Below are positions 51,625-61,988 of a stretch of 64,000 nucleotides of DNA, one piece after another. The stretch is from a virus (taxonomy: Duplodnaviria; Caudoviricetes). The stretch spans positions 32,001 through 96,000 of IMG/VR virus record IMGVR_UViG_3300029305_003110. One strand, written 5' to 3'. Made by a program: the position numbers and the translations under genes. Position 1 is the first letter of the stretch. The number at the start of each line of letters is the position of its first letter. The notes under the pieces were generated by a model. That model had not been told where the DNA came from and made no database searches. It saw only the letters and a program-made list of their open reading frames with translations.

Positions 51625-54600
51625 ATGGATGACAAAAAAGAAATATTTGAATTATTGAATAATAATACCTTCAATTTACAAATATTAAATGAAACTTTAT
51701 TAGAAATTAAGGGTAATTCATATAAAACCTTATATGATGCGCAAAAACATCTTACAGATATTCATAGATTTGATATTCCTATGGATGATTATATCGATAA
51801 AAAGTCTGAAATTATATATAATATCAATTATAATTTTATAGATGATTCCAGGAGAAAACAATTTAGAGAATCTAGATTTTATAAAAATTTAATTTCTCCA
51901 GAAGACATAGCAAATAACCCAGCAGATCATGAGTATGATATAGTAACTTCTAATGGAGTAAAAAAAACAGTTACTAAATTAGGTATATTTACCAATATGC
52001 TATTGTTATTTATTAATGGGCAGATGTACACTAATTTTTTTGTAAGAGCTGACGAAGATAATTTACAATTAGTATTCAAAATAGATTCTCCACCAAAAAT
52101 ATATAAAGTAACAAATCGTCTCAGTCGTTCTGTTGGTACCGGATTTAGTAGAGCTGAATTTGAAAAATTAGTGTATGGTTACGATAAAATTGAATTTTAT
52201 AAAACTAATAAAAAATATTCTAAAGATGACGTTGTAAAAATTTCAACAGAAAATGGTATTGAATATTATAAATGCAGTTCAAACGGGATCATTACAGGTA
52301 AATTTAATGAATATGTTTGGGACCGTATTATACCTAGCAGTAAAATGACATTAATTTCGATACCTAATTGTGCATCATTATACTCTAATCCAAATAGCTT
52401 ACTGTTTGAGAAAGATAATATAAAAACCCAATTTACTTTATATGGTCGTGGTAATATAGGATTAAACTCTGAGAGATTTATTAGATTTAATGATGTGATT
52501 AATAACAAGCGTGACGCACATATATTTATGACAGTAGATGATACTGCATTGTATAAATATGAGTTGATTGGTGATGGTCGAATACAACAGCTATCTACTC
52601 AAACAGAAAATGATGTATCACATTGTTTATTTTTTGATAATCAAACAACTCATTATTATTATTATATTAATAATATTACAGATTATAATAACCACACAGC
52701 ATTAACCCGAACATATTTTACATTAAATAGATTAATGAAAATGCGCATTAGTAGTAATTTGAATTTTTTCTCAATACCTATTAAAGACATGCCTATTCCT
52801 ATAGAAAATATAATGATTTTTACTGATGATTATGGTAGATTATTATTTAATCATGATGTGAAGTTAGAAAAATATTATCCGAATATATATAAGATAAAAC
52901 GTTCTGTTAATGAACCGCGTCGCCCATTATGGGTTTATATATATTATTCAGATGATACTGTATCAATAGGTAATAAGCATGAGAATGAATTAAAGTTATA
53001 TCATAGATTTACTGAAAATATTTTATATAAATATACGAATGATTCTATACCTGATACTATAAAAAATTATAAGCCCATCTATGTTAATTATAGTATATCA
53101 AATTATCAAGGATCAGAATATTATGATAATAATGATCATCTTTCATATAAATTAAATTATTTTAAAGAATTAATTTCACAAAATGGTGATTTTTATAGAA
53201 TTTATTTAGATAAATTAGTTGGATACGTATCCGCATTTGATATTTATGCAACAGATATTGAAAATAGTGATTACGGGTTTGATAAAAGAATAAAAACTCA
53301 TAATCGCGATGAAATTAAATCTACTTCATTGCAAAAAGATTTTAATGAGGACAGATATTTATTTACATTTAGAAATGATGGGGACAGAATAAATACCATA
53401 TTATTTTTAGATAATAAGTTATATTATCCTGATGAAATATATAGCGATGATGAATACACGTATATATACATACCAGCAAATCTTATCAATATAGATACAG
53501 ATCCATCAGTATTACATGTTGAAAATTATCAAGATGTATCTTTTAATAAAAAAATTAATTATATAAGACCTGACGAATACATTCATATTAATATTCCTGA
53601 AGAATTAAAACTTTCAATAAATGATTTATTTATAACCCAAAATGTAGATGGTATAGAAAAATATATAACAAATTCAGAAAATAATACCAAATATAAAATA
53701 TATGTAAAGAATACCGATTCTGATGAGTATATATTAGCTGATGAAACATCATTCTTTAGATATACTGATATATATATTAAATTTGAAGAAGATGCAACAT
53801 TACAAAATTCAGATATTTTTATAAAGGCAAATAAAACCACTATTATGGATAGAAATGTAGGAGATAATAGTTTTATTATAAATCAACCAATAGATAATGA
53901 TGAAAAAAATATTCTTGTATTTAAAAATGGTCAATTAGTCCCACCATCGACGGTTGTGGTCGATTTTAATGAAAATATCGATGGTCCACATACCGTTAGA
54001 ACACTTATGAGAACAGATAACGATGATGAATTTGTTTTATTATATACACCAAACAAATATACTAATGTATTAGAACTGGATTCTATCCCATCAACCGGTA
54101 TTGTTAATTTGGAAGGACGGATAACTAAACCTATAGATTTGAAGTGGCATGATATTTACATTAATGGTGAAAAACTTACGGAGAAAAATATTGATATGCT
54201 GACTCCATATTCATTTATATTGAAAGATATGGATACTTTAAAGTATTTGACAATTTATGAAAAAAATCTAGATTCTGATATTTTGGCTCCTGAATATGAT
54301 TATGACAATATAAATAACACAATTCTAGACCCAAATAATGATTATATAGAATTGCCTGATGCCGAAATTATTGATAATAGTAAGGACATACGCGATGATA
54401 TTACTATAGATATTATAGGCTGTCTTGATAAATATTTATTATCGATGAATTTAATAAATCCCGATAAACAACAAATAACTGATGAAATGATTTCTGAATA
54501 CCCATCATTATTCTTATCAGACGATTATAATATATTTATAAACCCAGATTTGTCAGTTCATAACTTCGCTAAAGATATGCTATTGAATCCAGATGCATAA
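51625..54600 (+). CDS. large virion structural protein
   Basis: 991 aa; repeated LLFINGQ/LVFKNGQ/IYINGE beta motifs; late-type promoter at 51586..51597. Confidence 0.6.
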   Translation: MDDKKEIFELLNNNTFNLQILNETLLEIKGNSYKTLYDAQKHLTDIHRFDIPMDDYIDKKSEIIYNINYNFIDDSRRKQFRESRFYKNLISPEDIANNPADHEYDIVTSNGVKKTVTKLGIFTNMLLLFINGQMYTNFFVRADEDNLQLVFKIDSPPKIYKVTNRLSRSVGTGFSRAEFEKLVYGYDKIEFYKTNKKYSKDDVVKISTENGIEYYKCSSNGIITGKFNEYVWDRIIPSSKMTLISIPNCASLYSNPNSLLFEKDNIKTQFTLYGRGNIGLNSERFIRFNDVINNKRDAHIFMTVDDTALYKYELIGDGRIQQLSTQTENDVSHCLFFDNQTTHYYYYINNITDYNNHTALTRTYFTLNRLMKMRISSNLNFFSIPIKDMPIPIENIMIFTDDYGRLLFNHDVKLEKYYPNIYKIKRSVNEPRRPLWVYIYYSDDTVSIGNKHENELKLYHRFTENILYKYTNDSIPDTIKNYKPIYVNYSISNYQGSEYYDNNDHLSYKLNYFKELISQNGDFYRIYLDKLVGYVSAFDIYATDIENSDYGFDKRIKTHNRDEIKSTSLQKDFNEDRYLFTFRNDGDRINTILFLDNKLYYPDEIYSDDEYTYIYIPANLINIDTDPSVLHVENYQDVSFNKKINYIRPDEYIHINIPEELKLSINDLFITQNVDGIEKYITNSENNTKYKIYVKNTDSDEYILADETSFFRYTDIYIKFEEDATLQNSDIFIKANKTTIMDRNVGDNSFIINQPIDNDEKNILVFKNGQLVPPSTVVVDFNENIDGPHTVRTLMRTDNDDEFVLLYTPNKYTNVLELDSIPSTGIVNLEGRITKPIDLKWHDIYINGEKLTEKNIDMLTPYSFILKDMDTLKYLTIYEKNLDSDILAPEYDYDNINNTILDPNNDYIELPDAEIIDNSKDIRDDITIDIIGCLDKYLLSMNLINPDKQQITDEMISEYPSLFLSDDYNIFINPDLSVHNFAKDMLLNPDA

Positions 54601-54680
54601 GTTAAGTGCATAATTAGGGTTAAACATATTAATAACTAATATATTTATACTTAAAATAAATAAAAAGAAGGTGATATTCA

Positions 54681-55370
54681 ATGAGCGATAATACATCCAT
54701 AGAACAAACATATTCTGGTGAAATTGTTGATAATGGTAATAAAAGATATGGTATATCTGCACTATCTAAACAAAACAAAGACATAGCATATAATGAAGAA
54801 ATTATGGTTCATAAATCTACTGGTGAGATTTTAATAAAAACTCCGGATTCCGATATAATATCATATGGTTATAATTCCCGTTTATATACAAATTTAGAAT
54901 TATTAACTATTAATGCATTTAATAATGGTATTTATGGAAAGATTTATTCAATAACTCCAGATATTATTGATGAAAACGGTTCTACTGTTGGGGAATATGA
55001 TCTGCCTGATGTAATTTCTTTCAATAAAAACATTATTGACAATTGTACACTTAATACATCTATAGATGGATCTTTTAAATTTAAAAAATTTATGATTAAC
55101 ATCGATTTAGATTGTATACTTATAAATACCTATGAATACATAAATAAAAGAATATATCCAAAAGTTATTTTAAAATATAAAGTTCAAAATAATGATATAA
55201 TTGAATATGAAACAACTATCGATGAATTAAATTCACATGTATTCGAAACTTCCCCTACAGGTATTAATAATGATGAGTTGACTTTAGTATCATTAACAAT
55301 TATTAATGATGATTTATCTATTGGTGACTGGCGTTTAATACTAAATAATATTCTTATTATAGTTGATTAG
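54681..55370 (+). CDS. putative structural protein
   Basis: 229 aa; AAGGTG RBS; promoter motif at 54623..54634. Confidence 0.6.
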   Translation: MSDNTSIEQTYSGEIVDNGNKRYGISALSKQNKDIAYNEEIMVHKSTGEILIKTPDSDIISYGYNSRLYTNLELLTINAFNNGIYGKIYSITPDIIDENGSTVGEYDLPDVISFNKNIIDNCTLNTSIDGSFKFKKFMINIDLDCILINTYEYINKRIYPKVILKYKVQNNDIIEYETTIDELNSHVFETSPTGINNDELTLVSLTIINDDLSIGDWRLILNNILIIVD

Positions 55371-56025
55371 GGGGTGTTTAGAATTGGCAACAGTAACGCT
55401 ATTAAAAGATTTAAAAAATAGTAATAAAAGTTTATTGGAAATTTTAAATTCATTTATTTTCGGTAATAAAAAAATCGAATTTCATGATAAAAATAAAATA
55501 TATAAAAAGGGTGATTTGATATTATTAGATACCGATGATGGGGTATTAATTAAACAAGCAAAATATGATAGTATGGATGCAGAATATATCGACGAACAAT
55601 GGACTAGTTCTATTATAATGGATTGGTATATAAATACTGGTAATAATTTTGCAATAATATCAAAAAATGAACCAATAGATCGACCCGGAAATGTTTTATG
55701 GTATATTCCAATATCATATCATGATGATATTAATATACCTGAAGTAAATGATGATGATTATACGCACTTGACAACTTTATTTACTCCTAGAGCATTTGCT
55801 ACCGGAGAGTATGAAGAAGGTGAAACTCCAGCGCAATTGGATGAAGGATTATTCTTTGATATTGAATCGTCTGAAATTATTGAAAATTATACATCGGATG
55901 ATATGTATGAAGAACATCCTATAACACCATTAACAGATAACAATCAAGTATCAATTAGTGATGATCCTCCAACTGACAATGAAACAAAACTTTGGGGAGA
56001 TACTGACCTTACTGATAATATATAA
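55363..56025 (+). CDS. putative structural protein, acidic
   Basis: 220 aa; ISKNEP...LWY and ISDDPP...LW fibre-type motifs. Confidence 0.55.
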   Translation: MIRGCLELATVTLLKDLKNSNKSLLEILNSFIFGNKKIEFHDKNKIYKKGDLILLDTDDGVLIKQAKYDSMDAEYIDEQWTSSIIMDWYINTGNNFAIISKNEPIDRPGNVLWYIPISYHDDINIPEVNDDDYTHLTTLFTPRAFATGEYEEGETPAQLDEGLFFDIESSEIIENYTSDDMYEEHPITPLTDNNQVSISDDPPTDNETKLWGDTDLTDNI

Positions 56026-56113
56026 CAATTTATCCTAATACATGTATTATTTCGCATGTATTAGGATATTTTTCAACATTTAGTTAATAAATTAAAAAAG
56101 GAGTGAATTTAAT

Positions 56114-57031
56114 ATGGCAGATATTATAGCTGATCTTTTGATGAAGAATAAAAATTCTGATGGCAGTTATACGATTTTACATCCTATAACAAAAACCAGT
56201 AATGTTAAGACATCATCAGAGATCCAGGTAATGTTACCCGAATCAATGGGTTCATTTAAAGATGGTGATATAATTCAACCAGAAACATCTATCGACGATA
56301 TTATTAAAAAACTTGTACAGGTTCAAATATTACCGACATATACAGAACCAACAGTAACTATTGCTGGAACTGTATCAACTACAGGTAGTTATGAAGCTGG
56401 TACAGAATTAACACCAACATTAACTGCAACATTCACACAGAATGATGCTGGTGCATTAACAAAATTACAGATTTTAAAAAATGGCACAGAAATAGCTAGT
56501 GATACATCTTCTCCATTTGCATATGATGATACATTTACAATTGGTGTTGAGACTGTTAAGTATAAAGCTATTGCAAATTATTCAGATGGTGCTGTTAAAG
56601 ATGATAACTTTGGTACTCCATATCCAGATACCGCAATTAAAGCAGGTAGTAAAACAACATCTGAAATATCTTATACCGGATATAGAACATATTTTTCTAC
56701 ACATGATACTGGTAGCGTTGCTGCTACATCATCAGCAGATGTTCGTGGCTTTGTAACAAAAGGAACTAAAGCTGCTGCTAATGGCGTATCATTTACAATT
56801 TCAGCTAAGGCTGGAGATACTCGAGTATCTTTCGCATACCCATCAACACTTAGAGAAGTTTCTTCTGTTAAGTATGTTGAGGCTGGTAATGATGAATCTA
56901 AATCACTCTTCACAGAGACAAAAGTTAATGTTGAAGGTGCAAATGGCTTTACAGCAACAGAATATAGAGTATATACAATGATAGGTGCTCAGCCTTTCTT
57001 AGCTGATATGACCTTCAGTGTAACAATATAA
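56114..57031 (+). CDS. Ig-like virion accessory protein
   Basis: Thr-rich; YTEPTVTI...YEAGT; RVSFAYP...VEGANG...YRVY; promoter motif at 56075..56086. Confidence 0.6.
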   Translation: MADIIADLLMKNKNSDGSYTILHPITKTSNVKTSSEIQVMLPESMGSFKDGDIIQPETSIDDIIKKLVQVQILPTYTEPTVTIAGTVSTTGSYEAGTELTPTLTATFTQNDAGALTKLQILKNGTEIASDTSSPFAYDDTFTIGVETVKYKAIANYSDGAVKDDNFGTPYPDTAIKAGSKTTSEISYTGYRTYFSTHDTGSVAATSSADVRGFVTKGTKAAANGVSFTISAKAGDTRVSFAYPSTLREVSSVKYVEAGNDESKSLFTETKVNVEGANGFTATEYRVYTMIGAQPFLADMTFSVTI

Positions 57032-57050
57032 GGAAGGGAGGAACTAAACT

Positions 57051-59669
57051 ATGGCTAATTTACCTTATATTACAGAATTTCCAAATAAAATATTTAGTGC
57101 ATTAAAAATGTATTCTAGGGTTGGAGCATTTCCTCTCGATCCTACAAGCGTAGTTAATACAAAAGCTGACCTTGAAAGCTATATTAACGAAACAGGTTCT
57201 TATGCATATCCTGGTCAGGTAGTATCTGTTGCCAATGGTACTACTGCGGCTGAAAATGGCGTTAAAGACTATTCATTATATGTAATCCGTTCTGATAGAA
57301 GCGTGCAGAAAGTTGGCGGAACAATCGCATTCGAAACACTTACTGCTGCTGAAACATGGGTTGCTGAAAATACTGTAGCGGCTCCTGCCGGTGAAATTAT
57401 TTCTGTTCTCGTTGATGGTGTATATGAATTATACATGATTCAGACAGACAGAAGTCTTAAGAGAGCTAGTTTCGATGCGGCTGATATTCCGGACATTTCT
57501 TGGGATTCATTAACAGGAAAACCAACATCAAGCACAACAGACATCGATAGTTCTGTAACATTCTCAAAGAAATTTACAGAAGGCGATAGACTTTCTTACA
57601 ATGACAAAGAATTAGCATATGTAGAAGATATCACTTGGGCTAATCTCCAGGATATTCCTACAGAATTTGCTCCTTCTGCACATACACATGGTAATGATGA
57701 TATTACAGATTTAGATGCATCTAAGATTACATCAGGTACTATCAGTATCGATAGGTTGCCTCATGGTGCTCTTGAAAGATGCGTTGTTGTTGCTGATGAT
57801 GATGCACGTTTTGCATTAACATCCGATAACGTTCAACTTGGCGACACTATTAAAGTTACAGCTACAGGTAAGATGTACTTTATTGTTAATGCTGAGAAAC
57901 TTGATAGTGAAGAGGGTTATGAAGTATATACTGCTGGTTCTGCTACAAGCGTTCCGTGGAGTGGTGTTACAGGTACGCCAACAACATTAGCTGGTTATGG
58001 AATTACAGATGCTGTTGCTGTTACTGACCTCGTTGAAACTGCTAACGTTAATAACGCTGGTAAAGTTCTTAAAGTAAATGCTGAAGGTAAGCTTGATGCA
58101 TCTATCACAGGCGATGCAGCTACTGTTGGTGGTAAAGCCGCTAGTGCGTTTGCAGAAGCTGTTCATGATCATACAACTGCTGAAGTTGAAGGATTAGATA
58201 CAGAACTTGCTAACATCAAAGCTGGTACATCTATCACAGCTCTTGATGCTTCTAAACTTACAGGCACAATCAATAAGAGCGTATTACCTGCCGAGGCATT
58301 AAATAATCTTGTTAAAGTATCTTCTGATGCTGAACGTCTTGTATTAACATCTGCACAGGTGCAGAATGGCGATACAGTTATTGTAGAAGCTACTGGAAAC
58401 ATGTACTTAGTTGTAGATGATTCCCAGCTTACAACAGAAGCTGGATACCAGATCTATACAGGTTCTGCTACAAGTGTTCCGTGGACTGGAATAACAGGTA
58501 CACCAACAACATTAGCTGGTTATGGTATTACCGATGCTGTTAAATCTGATGAAGTTGTAGAAACTGCTACTGCTAATAAGATTCTTAAACTCAATGCAGA
58601 TGCTAAACTTCCTGCATCTATCACAGGTGATGCTGCTACTGTTGGTGGTAAAGCTGCTGATGCATTCGCAGAAGCTACACATAGCCATGGTGATGCAGAT
58701 ATTACTGATGTCGCTTGGACAAAACTGACAGGTACACCTACAACACTAGAAGGTTATGGTATCACTGATGCTGTTAAATCTGATGAAGTTGTAAATACTG
58801 CTACTGCTGATAAGATTCTTAAACTCAACAGCGAAGCTAAATTTGATGCTGACATCACTGGTGATGCTGATACTGTTGATGGTAAACATGCTTCCGACTT
58901 TGCAGAAGCTGTTCACGGTCACACTATCACTGAAGTTGAAGGCTTAGATACAGAACTTGCTAACATTAAAAACGGTACAGCAATCACAGCTCTTGATGCT
59001 TCTGTTATCACATCAGGTACTATCAGTATCGATAGATTACCTCATGGTGCTCTTGAAAGATGCGTTGTTGTTGCTGATGATGATGCACGTTTAGCTTTAA
59101 CTACTGATTCAGTTCAGACTGGTGATACAGTTAAGGTTACATCTACAGGAAAAATGTACTTCGTTACAGATGATTCCAAACTTAACAGTGAAGATGGATA
59201 CATTGTATATACTGCTGGTTCTGCTACAAGCGTTCCATGGAGCGGTGTTACAGATACACCTACAACCTTAGCTGGTTATGGAATCACAGATGCAATGTCT
59301 GCCGATGCTGACGTTGTTTACAACACTGATGTTGTTGACGTTGCTAATGCTGAAAATGCTGGCAAAGTTATTAAAGTAAATGCTGACGGAAAACTCGATG
59401 CATCTATCACAGGTGCCGCTACAAGCGTTCCGTGGACTGGTATAGAAGGTCGTCCTGAAGCAACTGCTGAAGAAATCGATACCGCTGTTGCCGATGCAAA
59501 ACACGAAAACAGAGAAGTTCTCGATAATCTTGCTGAAGTCGATGGTTCTCTCACTCACAATGACAAAGCTGTTGCATATGTTGAAGATATCAGCAAATTT
59601 ATGCAGGTATCAGCAACAGAACCTACAGATTTACCTGTTGGTGGTTTCTGGTTTGAGGTTATTGAATAA
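57051..59669 (+). CDS. repeat-rich fibre protein
   Basis: Multiple SVPWSGVTGTPTTLAGYGITDA, LDASKITSGTISIDRLP and HxH repeats typical of phage fibres. Confidence 0.75.
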   Translation: MANLPYITEFPNKIFSALKMYSRVGAFPLDPTSVVNTKADLESYINETGSYAYPGQVVSVANGTTAAENGVKDYSLYVIRSDRSVQKVGGTIAFETLTAAETWVAENTVAAPAGEIISVLVDGVYELYMIQTDRSLKRASFDAADIPDISWDSLTGKPTSSTTDIDSSVTFSKKFTEGDRLSYNDKELAYVEDITWANLQDIPTEFAPSAHTHGNDDITDLDASKITSGTISIDRLPHGALERCVVVADDDARFALTSDNVQLGDTIKVTATGKMYFIVNAEKLDSEEGYEVYTAGSATSVPWSGVTGTPTTLAGYGITDAVAVTDLVETANVNNAGKVLKVNAEGKLDASITGDAATVGGKAASAFAEAVHDHTTAEVEGLDTELANIKAGTSITALDASKLTGTINKSVLPAEALNNLVKVSSDAERLVLTSAQVQNGDTVIVEATGNMYLVVDDSQLTTEAGYQIYTGSATSVPWTGITGTPTTLAGYGITDAVKSDEVVETATANKILKLNADAKLPASITGDAATVGGKAADAFAEATHSHGDADITDVAWTKLTGTPTTLEGYGITDAVKSDEVVNTATADKILKLNSEAKFDADITGDADTVDGKHASDFAEAVHGHTITEVEGLDTELANIKNGTAITALDASVITSGTISIDRLPHGALERCVVVADDDARLALTTDSVQTGDTVKVTSTGKMYFVTDDSKLNSEDGYIVYTAGSATSVPWSGVTDTPTTLAGYGITDAMSADADVVYNTDVVDVANAENAGKVIKVNADGKLDASITGAATSVPWTGIEGRPEATAEEIDTAVADAKHENREVLDNLAEVDGSLTHNDKAVAYVEDISKFMQVSATEPTDLPVGGFWFEVIE

Positions 59670-59697
59670 TATTTAAAAAATAATCAAAAAAAATAAT

Positions 59698-59726
59698 GGG
59701 TATATGGTGATAATCACCATATACCC
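59698..59726. terminator. bidirectional terminator between structural block and ppk
   Basis: GGGTATATGGTGA-TAA-TCACCATATACCC with flanking A/T runs. Confidence 0.75.
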
Positions 59727-59733
59727 TATTTAT

Positions 59734-61857
59734 TTATTTCTTTGTAGACATCATTTTCGGTATGCTCTTAAGTTTATATTTCTCGATAGCTTCTTTCATA
59801 AATAATTTATGAATATCGACGGATTTATCAGAAATAACTTTAGCATACTTACCTTTCTTTGTCATTTCAAAACTATTAAATGAATCCTTATAATACATTG
59901 ATAAAATCTTCATAAGTTTCGATTTTGCTTCAGTATCCTTAACAGGTATTAATAATTCGAATCTCTTATCGAGGTTTCTTGTCAACAAATCTGCACTAGA
60001 AATATATATTTCCGGATTTTTATTATTATGAAAATAATATATTCTGCTATGCTCTAAAAATCTTCCAACTATACTGCGTATTTTAATATTGCTATTTATT
60101 GGCTTGATGGAACATATACCTCGACAGAATATCATTATCTTAACACCTTTCTCAGATGCCTCATATATCTTATCTATCATTTTCTTATCTGAAATAGAAT
60201 TCATTTTGAGAGTAACTATTGCTGTCTTTCCATTTTTAGCATTCTTAATTTCATTATCAATAGATTCGATAATAGTTTTTCTAAGATTATATGGTGAAAA
60301 GTATAATTTATTTATCTTGGTAGTCGGTTCAGAAAAGCCAGATAACATATTGAACACTGTAATCAGATCAATACCTACTTTGTAGTTCGATGTGAAGTAA
60401 GATATGTCAGTATACAGCTTAGCAGTCTTATCATTATAGTTACCGGTCCCAACATGAGAATAAATCTTCAATCCTTTCTTTGATTTTCTAACAACTATTA
60501 TAAATTTACAATGTGTCTTTAACTCTTCATCACCATATATTAAATTACATCCAGACATTTTAAGCTTTTCTATAAGAGAAATATTTCTTTCCTCATCAAA
60601 TCTGGCTTTTAATTCTAATATAACCGCAACCTGTTTTCCATTACGAGCAGCCTGACACAATGCCTCGACAATTGGAGAATCTATTGAAGAAACTCTATAC
60701 AGAGTTTGTTTTATAGATATAACATCCGGGTCATTTGATGCGTGCTCAAGGAACTTAATTATTGGGTCGTATGATTCATATGGATGATGTAATAGTATAT
60801 CTCCACCATCAATAGCAGTGAACATATCGTGTTCACCTATAAGCTCTGATGGATACTGCGGAGAGAACTTATCATACTTTGTCCCGTCTTTATTAGAAGT
60901 AATCTCTTGAAGAGATTTAAAATCGATAGGCTCATCGCTAACATAAACATGCTTCTTATTTAAATCAAAAATCTTTGTTAATAACTTTACCATAGATTTA
61001 GATAAATTACTTGTAACATCCATATATATTGGTCTACTGTATCGTCTTTCCAATAATGTGCTTTTCATTCTATCTGTAATATAAACGTCTTTATCATGAT
61101 TTACTTCTATATCTGCTTCACGAAGAATTTTAATTGTTCCATAGTCCACAATCTTTTTATTATAATATATTCTATCCAAAAATGAATATATTATTTCTTC
61201 TAATAAAACATATTTTTTACGATTATTAGATGTAGGAACCTCGTAAATCCTTACCAATGAGTTGTCTAATGGTATAAATGACACAACCTGATTGTTTGTA
61301 TTCTGTGTATCTTCTAATGAAACAACAATATTTAATTGTTTTGACATAAGATCGGGAAACTCTTTGGTTGTATCGAAGTTAATTGGTGTTAACAAAGGAA
61401 ATATTTTATTATTAAATATATTAGTAATATAACCTTTTTCGCTTTTACTCAAATCATCAAATGTGCATATTTCTATTCCTTGCTTTTTAAGCTTATCTAA
61501 TAGTTTATTATAACATTTGATTTGCAAATCTCTAAACTTCTGTATTGATTTTAACAAAGTCTGATACTCTACTTCAGGACTCATTCCTGATAGTTCTTTT
61601 TCACGAGTCCCTTTAATTAATCTGTTAATGACTGTTGAAAATCTTACCATAATGAATTCGTCTAAATTGGATGTTGTTATAGCTAAAAAGTTTAACCGTT
61701 CTAACAATGGGATATCTTTTCTCATTGTCTGAAACAGTACTCTTTTGTTAAACTCAATCCAACTTAGTTCACGATTAATATATTTCGGATTATTGAAATA
61801 ATTATCATGAATCGAATCCTCAAACTTTTCTAAGATATTACGTTCGTCCTTATTCAT
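59734..61857 (-). CDS. ppk1: polyphosphate kinase 1
   Basis: NRELSWIEFNKRVL, SNLDEFIMVR, DILLHHPYESY, IKQTLYR, ELKARFDE, KTHCK (catalytic His), GTGNYN, SIVGRFLEHSRIY, SSAD. Confidence 0.95.
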   Translation of the reverse strand: MNKDERNILEKFEDSIHDNYFNNPKYINRELSWIEFNKRVLFQTMRKDIPLLERLNFLAITTSNLDEFIMVRFSTVINRLIKGTREKELSGMSPEVEYQTLLKSIQKFRDLQIKCYNKLLDKLKKQGIEICTFDDLSKSEKGYITNIFNNKIFPLLTPINFDTTKEFPDLMSKQLNIVVSLEDTQNTNNQVVSFIPLDNSLVRIYEVPTSNNRKKYVLLEEIIYSFLDRIYYNKKIVDYGTIKILREADIEVNHDKDVYITDRMKSTLLERRYSRPIYMDVTSNLSKSMVKLLTKIFDLNKKHVYVSDEPIDFKSLQEITSNKDGTKYDKFSPQYPSELIGEHDMFTAIDGGDILLHHPYESYDPIIKFLEHASNDPDVISIKQTLYRVSSIDSPIVEALCQAARNGKQVAVILELKARFDEERNISLIEKLKMSGCNLIYGDEELKTHCKFIIVVRKSKKGLKIYSHVGTGNYNDKTAKLYTDISYFTSNYKVGIDLITVFNMLSGFSEPTTKINKLYFSPYNLRKTIIESIDNEIKNAKNGKTAIVTLKMNSISDKKMIDKIYEASEKGVKIMIFCRGICSIKPINSNIKIRSIVGRFLEHSRIYYFHNNKNPEIYISSADLLTRNLDKRFELLIPVKDTEAKSKLMKILSMYYKDSFNSFEMTKKGKYAKVISDKSVDIHKLFMKEAIEKYKLKSIPKMMSTKK

Positions 61858-61917
61858 TTTTTTTTCTCTCCTTATTAATATTAAAATATCATTAAGATTT
61901 ATTTTTTGTATACACTT

Positions 61918-61927
61918 ATAATATATA
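61918..61927 (-). promoter_or_regulatory. TATATATTAT early-type promoter motif (representative copy)
   Basis: Same 10-mer found 25-85 nt upstream of several minus-strand genes. Confidence 0.5.
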
Positions 61928-61988
61928 TTCGATATTAATACTGAAAAATATGAGAAGAATATATTTTGAATATATTCTTCTCATATCA

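Noticed and set aside
42426-59669. Diversity-generating retroelement or invertase shufflon in fibre genes
   Set aside because: No reverse transcriptase or site-specific recombinase in the window; repeats are direct and show no adenine-specific mismatch pattern that I could see
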